Shown here: positions 61,080 through 64,000 of the stretch, piece by piece
Layout: the number at the start of each line of letters is the position of its first letter
Position numbering within the stretch: the first letter of the stretch is position 1
Source of the DNA: Octopus vulgaris
Lineage: Eukaryota
NCBI GenBank assembly: GCA_951406725.2
Contig: OX597814.1
Span: 167,462,001 to 167,526,000 of the forward strand
Reading direction: 5' to 3'
DNA length: 64,000 nt
The notes under the pieces: generated by a model
Told to the model about the DNA's origin: nothing
Database searches by the model: none
What the model saw: only the letters and a program-made list of their open reading frames with translations
Made by a program: the position numbers and the translations under genes

Positions 61080-61930
61080 TCATCATCATGATGTCTGTTT
61101 TTCCTTGTTTGTATTGGTCAGATGAAATTCATTGAGGTAGATTTCTGTAGCCAGATACTCTTTTTGACACTAACCTTTGCCTGTTACCAAGCAAAATAAT
61201 ATTCCCCTCATCCTTCAAGTATGAACAACACAATGGCTTCTATGATTTTACAGATGATCGCAAATGAATAATATTTTTGTATGATGGTAATGTTTGTTTA
61301 CAACTAGCATGTGATAAAAACACACTATCACATATACATATATACTCTCTTGCTTATACACATATATTGGAGAGGGTGCTGAAAAGTTCCTGGCTTTAAG
61401 GGTATAGTGAAAGGCCTGGTTGGAGGCCCACCTTCTAAGTTCTTTTAGAGGACTTAGAAAAACTGAAAGACTGCTGTAATAAGTGTGAATCTGAGAGGGG
61501 AATATGTTGAATAAAATCATAATTAACTGATCCTCCTATATTTTCTTTTACCCCAAACCAGGAACTTTTCAGCACTCCCTTGTACATTCTTGCTCATACA
61601 CATTTATACCTGTCCCCAACCCTTACTTGTTTTCAAGCAAGGTAATATTTCTTCATGGCGAGACATATTTTTTATGGAAGAATGGAAATGTAAAGCTCAA
61701 TTGTGTAATGGTGATTCTCATTTTACAACCATCACATGATATCAAGACAAGGTTACACACGTACACATTACAATAGGTTTCTTTCAATTTCTGTCTTCCA
61801 AATCTGTTTGCAAGGTTTGGGTTGGCCTGGTGCTATAGAAGACACTTGCTCAAGGTGTTGCACAGTGGGGCTGAACCTAAGACCACATGGTTGGGAAAGA
61901 AGCTTCTTAACTATACACCCACACCTCCAC
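61080..61930 (-). mobile_element. SINE B2 remnants interrupted by mariner MITE D (61369-61582)
   Basis: Matches 11218-11680 and 14787-15002 respectively. Confidence 0.7.
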
Positions 61931-62544
61931 TACTATATCAATTACGTGCTTACTCAGTAATTTAGTTACCCTTAATGTTTCTCTCCTCTTTGATGAGTTT
62001 CATATGCATGACAAAGTAGTTATAACATCATTTAAGTTAATTACAGCAAATGGACATGTAATATGAAATAATTGAAGTCTGATTAATTATATTCACTGGT
62101 ATTTTCATCATGTAGTGTTAACCTTTATATCATATATATTACTACATATCAGTCACAGCTTTGTGTGGTCTTTGTACAACGGTAGGTATAGAAGATACCA
62201 ACAATTAAATAGAATACATCCTATCTGGCTACTTATCTTTCGTTCTTTTAGTAGAGGAGAAGAAACAGTGCCTTGTCTTTGCAGGTTGCGCAATGTACAA
62301 CTAATTAAATAATAATGAAATTAATATTCATTTAGTATTCTTACAATTCAAAGTTGAAATGAAAGCATGGGCAAGAGGGAAGTTCAGAAGTGATGCGGAT
62401 TGTTGAAGGTGTTCAGCCTAATATTTGGGAGGCCAGGCCGTAATGGCGAGGAGAGGAGAAAGAGAAGCATTACACTAATTTGTCTTAGTACACATCTAGG
62501 ACTACATTATCCATTGTATCACTTCATTATTCATGACACTAGAG

Positions 62545-64000
62545 CAGGGATGTCCAGCTTGAAGGTCGCATTGCAACCCACTTAATATTTTCATGCAGCC
62601 TACTGGCGATTCAAATTCTAATTCTGTGTTATTTTCTAGTTATATTTTCATTTACTTTGATAATGTATAATGAGAAAATTATTCTCAGAGAGTATGCTAT
62701 GTTGAACAGACCAATGAAAACCTCAATAAAGGGAGGTAAAATGAGGGAGGCCATGGGATTTATGACATAAAATAGCTAACTCTACATCGTAGAGTCAGCC
62801 ATTGTTTCAGTTTCAAATTTTTTGTAGTAGGATCAATATTGATTGTGTTATAAGGCGGTTAGCTGGCAGAAACGTTAGCACACCAGGCGAAATGCTTAGC
62901 GGTATTTCGTCTGTCATTACGTTCTGAGTTCAAATTCTTTCAAGGTCGATAAATTAAGTACCAGTTACGCACTGGGGTCAATGTAATCGACTTAATCCGT
63001 TTGTCTGTCCTTGTTTGTTCTCTCTGTGTTTAGCCCCTTGTGGGTAGTAAAGAAATTGGTATTACGTCTGTCTTTACATTCTGAGTTCAAATTCCACCAA
63101 GATTGATTTCACCTTTCATCCTTTCAAGGTCGATAAATTAAGTACCAGTCGCATACTGGGGTTGATCTAATTGACTGGGCCTTGTTCTTAAATTAGAAAG
63201 GAATATTGATTGTTTTATTTCCTAACCTTGTTTACAATGTCAAGTGATAGTGACTTCAGTGTTTCTAGTCTAGGCCAAGCCTAATGCTAATGCTTTATGC
63301 GGAAGAATCTATTTATTCTTTATTTGTTTCCGATTTCTTGAATGTTGATATCAGCATCATTACGTAATATTTTTAATTGTTAATTTTAATAGCCTATTAT
63401 TTGATCATGGCATCTGATACTAAAAAAAAAATAACAGAGGAAAAAAGAAAATTCAATATCCTATGGACAGAAAAATATTTCATAATTAAAATATGCAATA
63501 ATATTATCTGCCTCATATGTAATGATAACATTGCTGTATGCAAGGAATATAATATTGTCACTATGCTATTAAACAGAGAAAGAAATGAAATGAAAATAGA
63601 TGAATTGAAGAAGCTTAGTCCACAACAAAATAATTTCAAAAAACATGTTGGAAAAACTGGTACATATACAAAAGTTAGTTATTTAATAGCTGAAAAATTG
63701 GCTCAGCTTGGTAAACCACTGATAGATGGCGAATTAATAAAAGAATGTATTGTAATAGCTTTTAATTAATGTTGTCTCGAGAAGGTGAATTTATTCAATG
63801 AAAGAAGTCTTTTGCATCAGACAGTTGGTAGAAGAATTGATGACTTAGCTGACAGTATTGTGGGTACATTGCAGACTCAATTATCTAAATGTGTTCATAA
63901 CAGTTTAGCATTGGATGAAATTACTGATCAAAGTGACACTGCACAGTTGGTTATTCTCATCAGAAGAATTGATGTCGCTTTTAATATCATTGAAAAAATG
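62545..64000 (+). mobile_element. Decayed hAT transposon (Charlie/Buster/SPIN-like), runs off the window end
   Basis: Starts cagggatgtcc; ORF KRKFNILWTEKYF...CLIC...KPLIDGELIKEC, and after a stop TVGRRI...SLALDEITDQSDTAQL. Confidence 0.85.
62852..63201 (+). mobile_element. Dimeric SINE family A inserted in the hAT element
   Basis: Head ggcggttagctggcagaa...gagttcaaattc, body repeated twice; 17-bp TSD aatattgattgt(g/t)ttat. Confidence 0.88.

Noticed and set aside
62250-62312. GEETVPCL as the next ASCC3 exon (expected GEERGPVLEVIVSR-like)
   Set aside because: Only three residues match, there is no in-phase YAG acceptor, and the frame stops soon after.

Overview
AT-rich eukaryotic genomic DNA. 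The repeat families resemble those of a cephalopod (Octopus-like); this is inference. The window lies inside one + strand gene, ASCC3 (Ski2/Brr2-like dual-cassette helicase). I resolve 21 internal GT-AG coding exons from 654 to 53927 (3242 nt, about 1080 codons). They cover the first helicase cassette, the first Sec63 domain and the start of the second cassette; both gene ends are outside the window. The introns are filled with transposon debris: two long, oppositely oriented RTE-clade LINEs and many of their 3' ends, BovB-like and CR1-like LINE fragments, several tRNA-derived SINE families, three long mariner copies plus MITEs, hAT, piggyBac-like and Kolobok-like elements, a possible Helitron, and Penelope-like remnants. 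The most notable observations are: (1) a C4HC3 PHD finger inserted in the reverse transcriptase of the RTE family; (2) two minimal hammerhead-ribozyme motifs with variant cores on the minus strand; (3) variable-copy hairpin arrays in the RTE 3' UTR; (4) a SINE whose head occurs with either a CR1-like or an RTE-like tail, with both donor LINE ends present in the window; (5) an inverted LINE pair bracketing three exons. There is no CRISPR array or prokaryotic feature. Repeat boundaries were read by eye and are approximate unless a TSD or TIR is quoted. Exon numbers are window-relative.
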